Of a stretch of DNA of 41,841 nucleotides, positions 1 through 9,669 are shown in pieces. The stretch is from NCBI GenBank assembly GCA_009937205.1, contig JAACCR010000014.1, positions 1-41,841 on the forward strand, in the 5' to 3' direction. The position numbers were made by a program, and so were the translations under genes. Source of the stretch: Methanobacteriota archaeon. GTDB lineage: Archaea > Thermoplasmatota > Poseidoniia > Poseidoniales > Poseidoniaceae. Every line of letters starts with the position of its first letter. Position 1 is the first letter of the stretch. Below the pieces are notes generated by a model, which was not told the origin of the DNA, ran no database searches, and worked only from the letters and a program-made list of their open reading frames with translations.

Positions 1-1251
1 CAAGATTGTTACTTCAGTTGATCCACTTGCCCTAGCAACATCTCCCATTGCGGCCAGTTCCGCATCAGTATCTGTAGTAAAGCGATTGATTGAAACAATA
101 ACTGGCATACCAAAGCCCGCCATATTTCTAATATGTCTATCGAGATTACCAGTTGCACCAATTATTACAGCCTCAACATTTTCAGCAGCTAATTCTTCAG
201 GTGTAGGACGATATCCACCTCGCTCTCCAAAGGCGCCACCATGCAATTTCATAGAGCGCACTGTCACATTCATAACTACACAATCTGGTGATTTGCCCGA
301 ATTGGCTGCTTTGATATGCATGAATTTCTCAGCACCCATGTCAGAACCAAATCCAGCTTCAGTGACTACAATATCAGCCGCACCTAGTGCAATTCTATCT
401 GCGATGACACTAGAATTACCATGGGCAATATTTGCGAAAGGTCCACCATGGACAAATGCAGGATTTCCTTCTAGTGTTTGTACGAGATTTGGTAAAAATG
501 CATTTCTTAATAGTAGAGCCATTGCACCTGCTGCACCAATATCTTCTGCCTTGATAGGATGGCCTTCAACGGAAGGTCCGATCACAATCTCGCCAAGTCT
601 CCTTCGGAGGTCAGCATAGTCTCTTGCTAAAACTAATATCGCCATTACTTCGCTGGCAGCGGTAATATCAAATCGGTCCTGTCTTACATTTCCATTTGCC
701 GCAGTACCCAATCCAATTACAATTTGGCGTAATGATCTATCATTCATATCGATAACTCTGGGCCAACTAATTCTTTCAGTATCAATCTTGCATTCGTTAC
801 CAAATTTCAAATGATTGTCAATTAAAGCACTCAACAAATTGTGAGTTGAGGTGATTGCGTGCATATCTCCTGAGAAATGAAGATTAATGTCTTCCATTGG
901 CAATACTTGAGAATGTCCACCTCCAGCAGCGCCTCCTTTGATACCAAAGACAGGACCCATTGAGGGTTCCCGAATTACACAAGTAGCCATTGAGCCGATT
1001 GCACAAAGCGCTTGAGTCAATCCAATCGTGGTTACTGTTTTCCCTTCACCAAAAGGTGTTGGGTTAACTGAAGTGACTAATACTAGGCTCCCCTGAGGTC
1101 GATTGAATCTTTCACTAATTGCTTCCCAGGTGATCTTTGCCATCCCATTACCAACAGGAGTTAACTCGTGAGAAGAGATGCCCAATTTCCAAGCAATCGC
1201 TTCAATTGGTTCTAGAGTCGCGGCTCTTGCAATATCTAAGTCACTAGCCAT
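1..1251 (-). CDS. fhs: Formate--tetrahydrofolate ligase (3' end runs off the window)
   Basis: Not in the ORF track because it has no stop in the window. Manual translation from ATG 1251 gives MASDLDIARAATLEPI...LVTSVNPTPFGEGKTVTTIGL...REPSMGPVFGIKGGAAGGG...EDINLHFSGD, which are the Fhs signature motifs. Confidence 0.96.
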   Translation of the reverse strand, partial: MASDLDIARAATLEPIEAIAWKLGISSHELTPVGNGMAKITWEAISERFNRPQGSLVLVTSVNPTPFGEGKTVTTIGLTQALCAIGSMATCVIREPSMGPVFGIKGGAAGGGHSQVLPMEDINLHFSGDMHAITSTHNLLSALIDNHLKFGNECKIDTERISWPRVIDMNDRSLRQIVIGLGTAANGNVRQDRFDITAASEVMAILVLARDYADLRRRLGEIVIGPSVEGHPIKAEDIGAAGAMALLLRNAFLPNLVQTLEGNPAFVHGGPFANIAHGNSSVIADRIALGAADIVVTEAGFGSDMGAEKFMHIKAANSGKSPDCVVMNVTVRSMKLHGGAFGERGGYRPTPEELAAENVEAVIIGATGNLDRHIRNMAGFGMPVIVSINRFTTDTDAELAAMGDVARASGSTEVTIL

Positions 1252-1341
1252 ATTGTTGCTTGCGCGCACAACCACCTTTCAATCTCTCGCTTAGATTAGG
1301 GGTCGAAACAGTCTTTTTCAGAGTGTTTGAAAGTACTCAAA

Positions 1342-2733
1342 TCACTCTTCTTTCATGTTTCCAAGGTAATCTGGAAGGTCAACACCAGCCATTGCCGCGA
1401 CATCGTGGACAGGCGGTAGTGACTTGATTAGAGAAGATACGAAGTTGGCAGTTGAACCGCCACCATCTCCACCATTGCCTGAATCCCAAACTGTAATCTT
1501 GTCAATCTTCAAGTTAGAGATTGCTTCAGTTTGTCGTGCAACCAATGCTTCAATCTTTTCAACCATCAATAATGTAGCAGCAGCCTTTGCATCGCCACCT
1601 GCGCTTTTTACAAGTTGTGCATATCCAGTAGCCTTTGCTTCCAGAACTGCTTGTTGTCCTGCAGCCTCTGCATTATATTTTGCAAGAGTAGCATCTGCTT
1701 GACCTTGTGCGATTAGGCGTTCTCTATTTGCTTCAGCAGTAGCAGCGATCTCAATTTGTTGCTTGGAGATTTCTTCACGAGCAATATCTTCAGCACGAAG
1801 TCTTTCGCCTTCCATCTCATATTGAGCCTTCTGAATATTGACTTGAGCCATACGCTTTGCAACTTCTGAACGTTGAAGTGCTTCAGCTTCCTTTTCTGCA
1901 AGGTCTGCGTTATAGAAAGCGATAGATGCTGCTGCAATGTTTTCACCTTCAACAGCAAGTGCTTCTTGATTATTGATGAATATACGCTTGTCAGCTTCTG
2001 CAGCCTTGACACCTTTTTCGGATTCGTTTAGATTATTTGCAACTTCAACAGTACGGGTTTTGTTAGCAATTGCTTCACCAGTCTCACCATCACGGCGAGC
2101 GTTTGCACGGTCAACATCTGCAGCTGCGATTGCGATAGCAGCAGCCTTTGCACCAATGGACTTGATATAATCAGCCACATCAGTAATATCTACAATGTTA
2201 ACGTTGATTAGATACAATCCAATCTTGTGTAATTCAGAGTCTACGTTTGTTGAAACATCTCTTAAGAAAGCCTCTCTGTCATTATTGATTTGTTCAATTT
2301 CTAGAGATGCAACTGTAAGACGAAGTTGACCGAAGATAATCTCTTTTGCCATGTCCTCTATTTCTGCTTGGTTCAATCCGAGCAGACGTTCTGCCGCATT
2401 GGCCATAATCGAAGGTTCAGTGGAAATACCGATAGTAAAGGATGAAGGAACATTGATACGAATGTTTTGTAATGAAAGAGCATGTTCAAGATTAATGCTA
2501 ATTGTCATTGGTTTTAGATCTAAATATGCATAGTGTTGGATTAGAGGCCAAACAACTCTTCCACCACCGTGGTAACAGGCGGCTGCCCCGCCGGCTTTGA
2601 CATTACCATATACAACCAAAATCTTGTCTGATGGTGCTAATTTATATCTTGAGGTTGCGACGTAAACCGTCCCTAATACAACTGCAACGAATAATCCAAT
2701 GCCTAAAATAAATAATGTGCCAGCAACTGCCAT
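1342..2733 (-). CDS. Flotillin-like SPFH/band 7 protein
   Basis: N-terminal TM helix, SPFH domain (GGGRVVWPLIQ, AAERLL, GQLRLTVASLEIEQINNDR), long AE-rich coiled coil and a C-terminal IDKITVWD flotillin-type motif. Confidence 0.9.
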   Translation of the reverse strand: MAVAGTLFILGIGLFVAVVLGTVYVATSRYKLAPSDKILVVYGNVKAGGAAACYHGGGRVVWPLIQHYAYLDLKPMTISINLEHALSLQNIRINVPSSFTIGISTEPSIMANAAERLLGLNQAEIEDMAKEIIFGQLRLTVASLEIEQINNDREAFLRDVSTNVDSELHKIGLYLINVNIVDITDVADYIKSIGAKAAAIAIAAADVDRANARRDGETGEAIANKTRTVEVANNLNESEKGVKAAEADKRIFINNQEALAVEGENIAAASIAFYNADLAEKEAEALQRSEVAKRMAQVNIQKAQYEMEGERLRAEDIAREEISKQQIEIAATAEANRERLIAQGQADATLAKYNAEAAGQQAVLEAKATGYAQLVKSAGGDAKAAATLLMVEKIEALVARQTEAISNLKIDKITVWDSGNGGDGGGSTANFVSSLIKSLPPVHDVAAMAGVDLPDYLGNMKEE

Positions 2734-2786
2734 AGTAATCGTACAGCCATACTAGCACTCCTTTATGAGTGTTGACCTGTTTGGGG

Positions 2787-3422
2787 CTATTCTTCTTCAG
2801 TAGATGCTTTTTGATTGGTCACCGAAATCGATTTTACAATTACAGTTTCACCAATATGGTCAACCACTTGAATAAACTTACCAGTTTCAATTTTTTCGGT
2901 TTCATCGATGCTCACGGCGGAAACCGTTCTAAGTGCTCCAGTAAATTCAACTTGAACTTGTCCAGATTCTCCAGGGAATATCGTTTGGTAGACTTTCCCT
3001 TGTGAACCGATCGATTGATGGTATTTTACAGTGCCATCGGTTTCTAAACTTTTCATCATCTGGAATACTTTGCCGATTACCCACATTGAGGCAACACCGG
3101 CAATAGTACCAGCCAGAATTGCATATAGTACATTGTCATTTGTCTGAGATACACCTAATCCAAATATTCCAAACATCATCATGAAACTTAGGAGTCCTTG
3201 AATGGTTAGCATATGGAAAATTCCTTCAGCACCAACATCCAAGTCAACATCTAGTCCGATTATATCCATTGCTCCGTCTGCAACACCGCCGAGTAGAACT
3301 AATAGGAAATAAATTACAAACAAAATAGTTCCCACAATTGCGGAACCAGCAAATAATAAGTCAACGCCTGTAATTGCTCCCAAGCCTAAAAAATCTAAAA
3401 TCGAAGAAAAGAGTCCACTCAT
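2787..3422 (-). CDS. NfeD-like membrane protein (flotillin partner)
   Basis: Several hydrophobic helices followed by an OB-fold-like C-terminus (IGSQGKVYQTIFPGESGQVQVEF). Lies directly upstream of the SPFH gene. Confidence 0.8.
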   Translation of the reverse strand: MSGLFSSILDFLGLGAITGVDLLFAGSAIVGTILFVIYFLLVLLGGVADGAMDIIGLDVDLDVGAEGIFHMLTIQGLLSFMMMFGIFGLGVSQTNDNVLYAILAGTIAGVASMWVIGKVFQMMKSLETDGTVKYHQSIGSQGKVYQTIFPGESGQVQVEFTGALRTVSAVSIDETEKIETGKFIQVVDHIGETVIVKSISVTNQKASTEEE

Positions 3423-3448
3423 ATATCTGCCCCAGTTGTTGTGATTGG

Positions 3449-3703
3449 TTACTCCGCATCAATGTTGCGCTGTTTTTTAATTGGTTTGATGTACAAAATA
3501 TAGTAGTGGATGTAAACCACAGGCCCTAAACTCGCTCCAACTAAAGCACCGATTCCCCATCCGGGTAGTTCTAATCCATAACCAATAGTGCCAATAATAA
3601 ATAATGTAAGTAGCATCGATGCTTTTTCTAAAATCATTAAAATCGGATTAGAGCCGTTGTTGACTTTTTCCTTCATCATGAAGACGTCGAGTAATCCAGA
3701 CAT
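3449..3703 (-). CDS. Small membrane protein, unknown function (84 aa, 2 TM)
   Basis: ATG preceded by GAGG, two hydrophobic segments, co-oriented in the run leading to nfeD/flotillin. Confidence 0.7.
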   Translation of the reverse strand: MSGLLDVFMMKEKVNNGSNPILMILEKASMLLTLFIIGTIGYGLELPGWGIGALVGASLGPVVYIHYYILYIKPIKKQRNIDAE

Positions 3704-3712
3704 TTTGTTTCC

Positions 3713-4087
3713 TCAAAGTATCAAATCTGACCAAGTGATTTCGCTGAGAATAACAACGGTGAGGTATATTATTGCGATCCATCCAACAGCGTTTCTTCCC
3801 GGCTCCATATTTCCATCAACCTCAGAAACTGTTCCATCAGCATGTCGTATGAATTGTGTGCGTTCAGAAGTATTGTAGTTTCCATTAAATGAAAATTCCT
3901 TGATATTTTTATTTGATTGATAAATCATAAACACGATAGTACCGATGATAATCCCCATACTAGGTCCGAAATAGTCGCCTAATGCATCATTGAATTCAAA
4001 CCACATTGCTGTGGTCATGTATAATCCCAGTGCACCTGTTAGCATACTGATGGTTGATTTCTCCGCCTTGAACTTGAGACCTTCCAT
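3713..4087 (-). CDS. Small membrane protein, unknown function (124 aa, ~3 TM)
   Basis: Hydrophobic segments. A TTCAAT element lies 23 nt upstream of the ATG, and the gene is first in the co-oriented run. Confidence 0.7.
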   Translation of the reverse strand: MEGLKFKAEKSTISMLTGALGLYMTTAMWFEFNDALGDYFGPSMGIIIGTIVFMIYQSNKNIKEFSFNGNYNTSERTQFIRHADGTVSEVDGNMEPGRNAVGWIAIIYLTVVILSEITWSDLIL

Positions 4088-4181
4088 GATATCGCCTATG
4101 TGAACTTGTTATTGAAACCTCTCCCCTTTTTGAGTGTTATTCGCGCCAAGTATTCAATTACTACCTACGCTGTGTATATTT

Positions 4182-5240
4182 ATGGCAGGTGTTCGGTATG
4201 CAATCGCAGGTTCGCCTGTAGAACATTCATTGTCTCCTTTATTATTAGCCATTGTACACGATCATCTTACTTCAATTAAATCAAAAATAACATCAGATTT
4301 TAAAATCTTAAAGTTAGATCTAGTAGATACTTCAACCATTGAAGATGCACTTGCTTGGGGATACGCAGGCTCAATGCCTAAATCATTATCTTGGAAATTA
4401 ACCGGTGCGCCATTTGGTAAATTTAGGACGACAGAGCTATTGGGAAAAGCGATTGCCGCTTCAGGAGAAATCCTTGACTGTTCTCCATTACTAGAATCTA
4501 AATCAATAAAAAGTTTGCAATTACAAATACAAGAGATGTCCGATAAAATGCAATCATTAGCCAATTCTAAACTTCCTAATTCTGTATTGAATGAAGAGAT
4601 TTGGATTAATTTAACATCGCCATTGAAGCATAAATTGGTTAGTAATGCAGTCTCTACAATTGACAATTCGATGGAGATCCTATCAGTAAATTGTCTTAGA
4701 TGGGATGGACAAGGTTGGTTTTGCGGTACATTTGATGGTTTAGGAGTTATATCGGCAGCTGATTACCATGGCATAGATGTTGCAAATGGTGCCATCATCG
4801 CAATACTTGGAGGCGGTGGTGCTGCTAGAAGTACTGCTCACGCCTGGAAAAATGGTGGTGGTAAAGTGATAGCCCTAGAAGGACGTCGTCCACTCTCGGG
4901 AGTAGATTGGATTGATGGCAAACAATACAATGGTAAAATTGATATCTTCATCAACTTTGATGGAGATGATATCGGTGATAACCAAGAAGCAAAGAATGCT
5001 CATGCTAAAGCGGAACTTATTTTTGAAGCACCATACTCATTGATGCAGGGAGACGCCGAAGAAAGAATTTCGCAGTTAGCCCAAGGTCCATTCAATGGAC
5101 GTTGGTTACTTGTGAGTCAACATTTAGAGTGCTGGTCTAATTTCTGGACTCCTCAATTAGGCGATATGCTGCCATCAGTTAGATTGCTATTGACTAAGCT
5201 AGCATATGCTGAAGCCATTATAGACTCATATACAAAGTAA
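4182..5240 (+). CDS. Divergent shikimate dehydrogenase (AroE)-like protein
   Basis: GSPVEHSLSP, NLTSPLK, SVN, D-G-x-G, ILGGGGAAR and GRWLLVSQ resemble SDH family motifs. Start moved from 4134 to ATG 4182. Confidence 0.7.
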   Translation: MAGVRYAIAGSPVEHSLSPLLLAIVHDHLTSIKSKITSDFKILKLDLVDTSTIEDALAWGYAGSMPKSLSWKLTGAPFGKFRTTELLGKAIAASGEILDCSPLLESKSIKSLQLQIQEMSDKMQSLANSKLPNSVLNEEIWINLTSPLKHKLVSNAVSTIDNSMEILSVNCLRWDGQGWFCGTFDGLGVISAADYHGIDVANGAIIAILGGGGAARSTAHAWKNGGGKVIALEGRRPLSGVDWIDGKQYNGKIDIFINFDGDDIGDNQEAKNAHAKAELIFEAPYSLMQGDAEERISQLAQGPFNGRWLLVSQHLECWSNFWTPQLGDMLPSVRLLLTKLAYAEAIIDSYTK

Positions 5241-5287
5241 CGAAGCAACCAAGAACAATGGCTTCCAGTTGCCACATAGTGGCAAGT

Positions 5288-8068
5288 ATGAAGCGATTTG
5301 TAAAATCATCAATTCTAATATTATCAATGCTGATAATTTCACCACTACTTCCAGTAGTCGGAGCCTCTCTATTGCAAGAAGATGATGATTTCCAACCAAT
5401 ACACCAAGGGATCGATTATCCCGTAGGATGGAGTGAAATTAATATCGGATTCGGTCCAAATTCACAGAGTTTTGAGATGATATACCCTGCCATGTCTGGA
5501 GGAGATGATGATGAAATGGCAGGTAACGGACCATTTCCTTGGGTTCTATTTTTTGGTTCTAGCGGCGAATCAATAGATGGGTATATGGAGTTAACAAATG
5601 AGATTGTAAAGCGTGGATATATTGTTCTAGTAAGTCAAGAAATGAGTGATTCAAATGATCTTTCGGAAGGCCTAGAAATAGCCCAAACTGCATTGGAATT
5701 AATGAATAATACAAATAACTCTCATTCGATTGTTTTGGGTGGTTTCGGAAATATTGATGTTAATCACTGGGCACTTGCTGGGCATGGTGTTGGTGCAATG
5801 GCCGCAACATCACTGTATCCATATTGGCTAGCGAGTGATGACGGAAACACTACACATGGGCCTAGTGGAATTTTTGCAGTAGGGGCCGACTTTTCATCTT
5901 GGAATCAAAGAACTGGATTGTTTTCAATGGCCGACTGGCAGCCACCTCTACCGAATACAGGTTTGTTCATTACAGGTACTGCTGATGAGATTGCACCTGC
6001 TGCAGATGCGATCAGCAGACTTCAATTAATCCCTGACTTTTCTTGGCAGATGATGCATCTATTGGGTGCTAATCATTACCAATTCCAAGATACAACTTCA
6101 ATTTTTGAAATAGGCGATGGTGAAGCTACAATGAGTAAAGAAGCCCAATTAGATTTGAGTTCAACCCATATTGTTGCATATTTAGATGCAGCATTAAAGG
6201 GAGAACACAGCCGCTTCCGTGATGCTTTCAATAGGCCTATTTCGCCAGATATTATTTCAGACCCTGATTCTTATGTCGTAGAAGACTTATCCTCCGCGGA
6301 ATGGCTCAAAGTAGGTGATGTTTGGTCAGTACCTGCCAATAATGAATCGGTTGGTCCCGCAGACACAGTTAATTTGAAAATGAACTGGACTCTTCGCAAC
6401 GGTTCGCAATATTCGCAGTTACCAAGTAACTGGAATGTGACAGTGGTTTGTGATATTGATTCTTCTTTGAATACAACAGAAGGGCAAGTTGACAGCAATG
6501 GAGTAGCAATTTGTCTATTCCCAATGGTTGATGTTCAGCCGGGAGCAAATCGTTTATTCATCAGTGTATATGTCGAAGGAGCGCCTTCTCATCGTCACTT
6601 AGACATCATGAGGACAGATTCACCATTGGTTGTTTGTACTCCCCCCGCCATTATTGACATACCGCAAAGAGGTAGTACACATGTTGAAAATGGGTTAATT
6701 GCATATGACCCAGATGGGCAGAGTGTCTACCTTGATAATGCAACATTAGTAGGACCAAATTCACAGCATTTCCATTTCCAAATAGATTCAGATAATCTAG
6801 GATTTACAGTGTTCCATAGCCTAGATGAAGAATGGACTGGCTTGAATAATTTGAGGCTGGATTTGAAAGCAGGTGGGCAAACTATTGATGAAGTAACAAC
6901 AGAAATAACCCTTCGAGTAATGCCGGTTGATGATCCTGCTAGTTTGATTAAAAACATTCCATTACAACAAATGGATGAAGATTCACAATCAATAATATTG
7001 AATCTTTCAGAATATGTATTTGACCCCGAGGGAGAGGAGATCGCAGGAATTGTAAACGAAAACTCATCTGAATTAGGACCTGTTTCAATCGTCATAGCAG
7101 ATGGTTTGGTTACCATTACACCACTAGCAAATCAAAATGGTGCAGTGGTGGTTCATATGTTGGTTGGAGATGGCTATAATCCAGCACTAACTTTGGATAT
7201 CCCAATCAATGTATTGGCGATTGACGATATCTTGATCACCAATAATTCATCATGGCAAATCAATGCAACTGAAGATGAATCAATTACTCTTGATTTGAAT
7301 GATTTCGCATATGATCTTGATGGCGATTCATTAACGTGGTCAATAGAGGGTGGCGAATCCTCAAAGTGTAGTTTTGTTATTGCTGGTAATGATTTGATAG
7401 TTAATATGAAACCAGACAAATATGGTACTTGTAATTCTCAAACGCTTAATGTAACTGATGGAACTACCAATTATTCAGATATACTGAATGTGACAATTTC
7501 ACCACAACCGGATTTGCCAACTATTAGCATTGGTAATGTCAATCTTCTTGACAATCTGGCAGCAACAGTTCAATGGGATATTATTGATTTAGATGGGGAG
7601 CAATACTCAGTTGTGAGTTTTTCTCTTGAAAACATCACACAAAATGTCACTTCATCATGCAGTAATGATCAGTCTCAATATATCTCCAAATGCGTTACTA
7701 TGCTTGTTTTACCACAGCAACATGATGGCAATATCACAATTACAATCCGTGTTACTGATTTGGAATTAAATCAAACGATAGGGGTTGAATATACCTTAGA
7801 TATGAATAGTAAACCACCTGTTGAAGAAATAGAGAATATTGAAGGTAGTACAATCTCTAGTGAAATGGTCATTGGATTAGTGGGTATTTTAGTTATTCTT
7901 ATTGTGGTTGTTCTAATCAACAAGAATTCAAATTCTAACGCTCAATTACTGCGCCAGCAAGAATCGAATGTTGAACAACAGGTTGACGCTGATGAAGTAA
8001 CTAATGATCAGCAAGAAGATTCAGAAACTAGTCCGAGTGGTCTCCTAGCAAGAGCTAAGAAAATCTAG
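5288..8068 (+). CDS. Membrane-anchored surface protein: signal peptide, alpha/beta-hydrolase-fold domain, cadherin/Ig-like repeats, C-terminal TM
   Basis: Signal peptide MKRFVKSS..., GHGVG elbow, GTADEIAP and GANHYQF motifs, DPDG/DPEG/DLDGD and ITPLANQNG cadherin-like motifs, TM helix VIGLVGILVILIVVVLI. Confidence 0.8.
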   Translation: MKRFVKSSILILSMLIISPLLPVVGASLLQEDDDFQPIHQGIDYPVGWSEINIGFGPNSQSFEMIYPAMSGGDDDEMAGNGPFPWVLFFGSSGESIDGYMELTNEIVKRGYIVLVSQEMSDSNDLSEGLEIAQTALELMNNTNNSHSIVLGGFGNIDVNHWALAGHGVGAMAATSLYPYWLASDDGNTTHGPSGIFAVGADFSSWNQRTGLFSMADWQPPLPNTGLFITGTADEIAPAADAISRLQLIPDFSWQMMHLLGANHYQFQDTTSIFEIGDGEATMSKEAQLDLSSTHIVAYLDAALKGEHSRFRDAFNRPISPDIISDPDSYVVEDLSSAEWLKVGDVWSVPANNESVGPADTVNLKMNWTLRNGSQYSQLPSNWNVTVVCDIDSSLNTTEGQVDSNGVAICLFPMVDVQPGANRLFISVYVEGAPSHRHLDIMRTDSPLVVCTPPAIIDIPQRGSTHVENGLIAYDPDGQSVYLDNATLVGPNSQHFHFQIDSDNLGFTVFHSLDEEWTGLNNLRLDLKAGGQTIDEVTTEITLRVMPVDDPASLIKNIPLQQMDEDSQSIILNLSEYVFDPEGEEIAGIVNENSSELGPVSIVIADGLVTITPLANQNGAVVVHMLVGDGYNPALTLDIPINVLAIDDILITNNSSWQINATEDESITLDLNDFAYDLDGDSLTWSIEGGESSKCSFVIAGNDLIVNMKPDKYGTCNSQTLNVTDGTTNYSDILNVTISPQPDLPTISIGNVNLLDNLAATVQWDIIDLDGEQYSVVSFSLENITQNVTSSCSNDQSQYISKCVTMLVLPQQHDGNITITIRVTDLELNQTIGVEYTLDMNSKPPVEEIENIEGSTISSEMVIGLVGILVILIVVVLINKNSNSNAQLLRQQESNVEQQVDADEVTNDQQEDSETSPSGLLARAKKI

Positions 8069-8069
8069 T

Positions 8070-9632
8070 TCACAACGGAATATTACCGTGTTTCTTAGGT
8101 GGAGACCATTCACGCTTCGACTTGATGATGTTGAGTGCACGGCATAATCGCATCCTTGATTCTTCAGGTTCAATGACATCATCCAGCCATCCATTACGGG
8201 CGGCGACATATGGATCTCCAAACTTGTTCTTATATTCTGCCACAAGACGCAGGCGAACTTCTTCTTTGTGTTCTTCTTCAACAGCGTTAATTTCTCTACG
8301 ATGAATGACATTAACTGCACCTTCTGCACCCATCACCGCTAATTCAGCAGTTGGCCAAGCAACGTTATAATCACTCTGCAAGTGCTTACATGACATTGCC
8401 AAATATGCGCCGCCGTAGGCCTTTCTTGTGATTAAAGTTAATTTTGGAACTGTTGCTTCGGCATAGGCGAATAACAACTTTGCACCATGTCTAATTATTC
8501 CGCCCCATTCTTGAACCACACCAGGTAAGAATCCAGGGACATCTTCAAAAGTCACTAATGGGATATTGAATGCATCACAAGTTCTGATGAAGCGAGCAGC
8601 TTTTATTGAAGCATCGATGTCTAGGCATCCTGCCAATACCTTCGGTTGATTACCGACAATTCCGATAGTCATTCCATTCAATCGCGCAAAACCAATTACG
8701 ATATTTTCTGCATAGGCGTCAAATAACTCCACAAATATCCCATCATCAACAACTTCCTCAATCACCTTGACCATGTCATATGGTTTGTTTGGGTTGTCTG
8801 GGACGAGTGTTTCAAGATTAGTATTCAGTCTTGTAATTGGGTCTGCTGTTTGCTCATATGGGGCATCGGACATGCAATTGTCAGGAAGATAAGATAGAAT
8901 CTCACTAGCCAACATACAGGCATCCTCTTCATCACTTGCAATTTGGCAAGCAATACCGGAACGAGAAGCGTGCAAATTCGCCCCACCCAATCCTGCAGCA
9001 TCAACTTCTCCACTGATGACTTCAGGAGTTTCAATTGGTGATGAGAGGAATAATTGTCCGTGCTCCTCTCCTAAAATTGTAAAATCAGCCAAACTCGCAG
9101 CGAGGGCAGAAACTCCTACCACAGGTCCAAGTACCAAACTGATAATCGGAATGCGTCCACTACATTGGACAATACGATCCAGTAACTCTCCTGTTCCGGC
9201 AAGACCGTTAACACCATCTTGGGCTCTCTGGCCACCACCATCCCACATTCCAATAATCGGTGTTTTTGCTTTGTCAGCCATCTCCACTATCTTAGCGATT
9301 TTCTTGGCATGCATTTCACCCATACTTCCTCCATGCACACTGAAATCTTGAGAAAAGCAGTAAACTCTTCTACCGTTAATTGTTCCATGTCCAGCAACAA
9401 CTCCATCTCCGAGAGTATGATGCATAAACATTCCATGGTCGCTAGTACGATGGGTGATGAATGCATCTATTTCGATGAATGAGCCCTCATCTAGAAGCAT
9501 GCTAACTCTATCTCTAGCAGTCCCTCTTCCTGAAACACGAATTGCTTCTTGAGCCTTCAGACCGCCTCCCAAGCGGGACCTTTCGCGCATACTGCGCAAA
9601 TTGACAATAGCCTCGCTCTGCTTCTCTGCCAT
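8070..9632 (-). CDS. Acyl-CoA carboxylase carboxyltransferase subunit (PccB/MmdA family)
   Basis: DGVVAGHG, QDFSVHGGSMG, KAARFIRTCDAFNIP, DVPGFLPG, RKAYGGAY, AVMGAEGAV and C-terminal KKHGNIPL. Confidence 0.92.
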   Translation of the reverse strand: MAEKQSEAIVNLRSMRERSRLGGGLKAQEAIRVSGRGTARDRVSMLLDEGSFIEIDAFITHRTSDHGMFMHHTLGDGVVAGHGTINGRRVYCFSQDFSVHGGSMGEMHAKKIAKIVEMADKAKTPIIGMWDGGGQRAQDGVNGLAGTGELLDRIVQCSGRIPIISLVLGPVVGVSALAASLADFTILGEEHGQLFLSSPIETPEVISGEVDAAGLGGANLHASRSGIACQIASDEEDACMLASEILSYLPDNCMSDAPYEQTADPITRLNTNLETLVPDNPNKPYDMVKVIEEVVDDGIFVELFDAYAENIVIGFARLNGMTIGIVGNQPKVLAGCLDIDASIKAARFIRTCDAFNIPLVTFEDVPGFLPGVVQEWGGIIRHGAKLLFAYAEATVPKLTLITRKAYGGAYLAMSCKHLQSDYNVAWPTAELAVMGAEGAVNVIHRREINAVEEEHKEEVRLRLVAEYKNKFGDPYVAARNGWLDDVIEPEESRMRLCRALNIIKSKREWSPPKKHGNIPL

Positions 9633-9669
9633 ATCTAGCCCATTCCTTGTCGGTTTTTGATTAGTGTGT

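Noticed and set aside
86-619. 177-aa plus-strand ORF
   Set aside because: Antisense shadow of fhs, which is clearly encoded on the minus strand.
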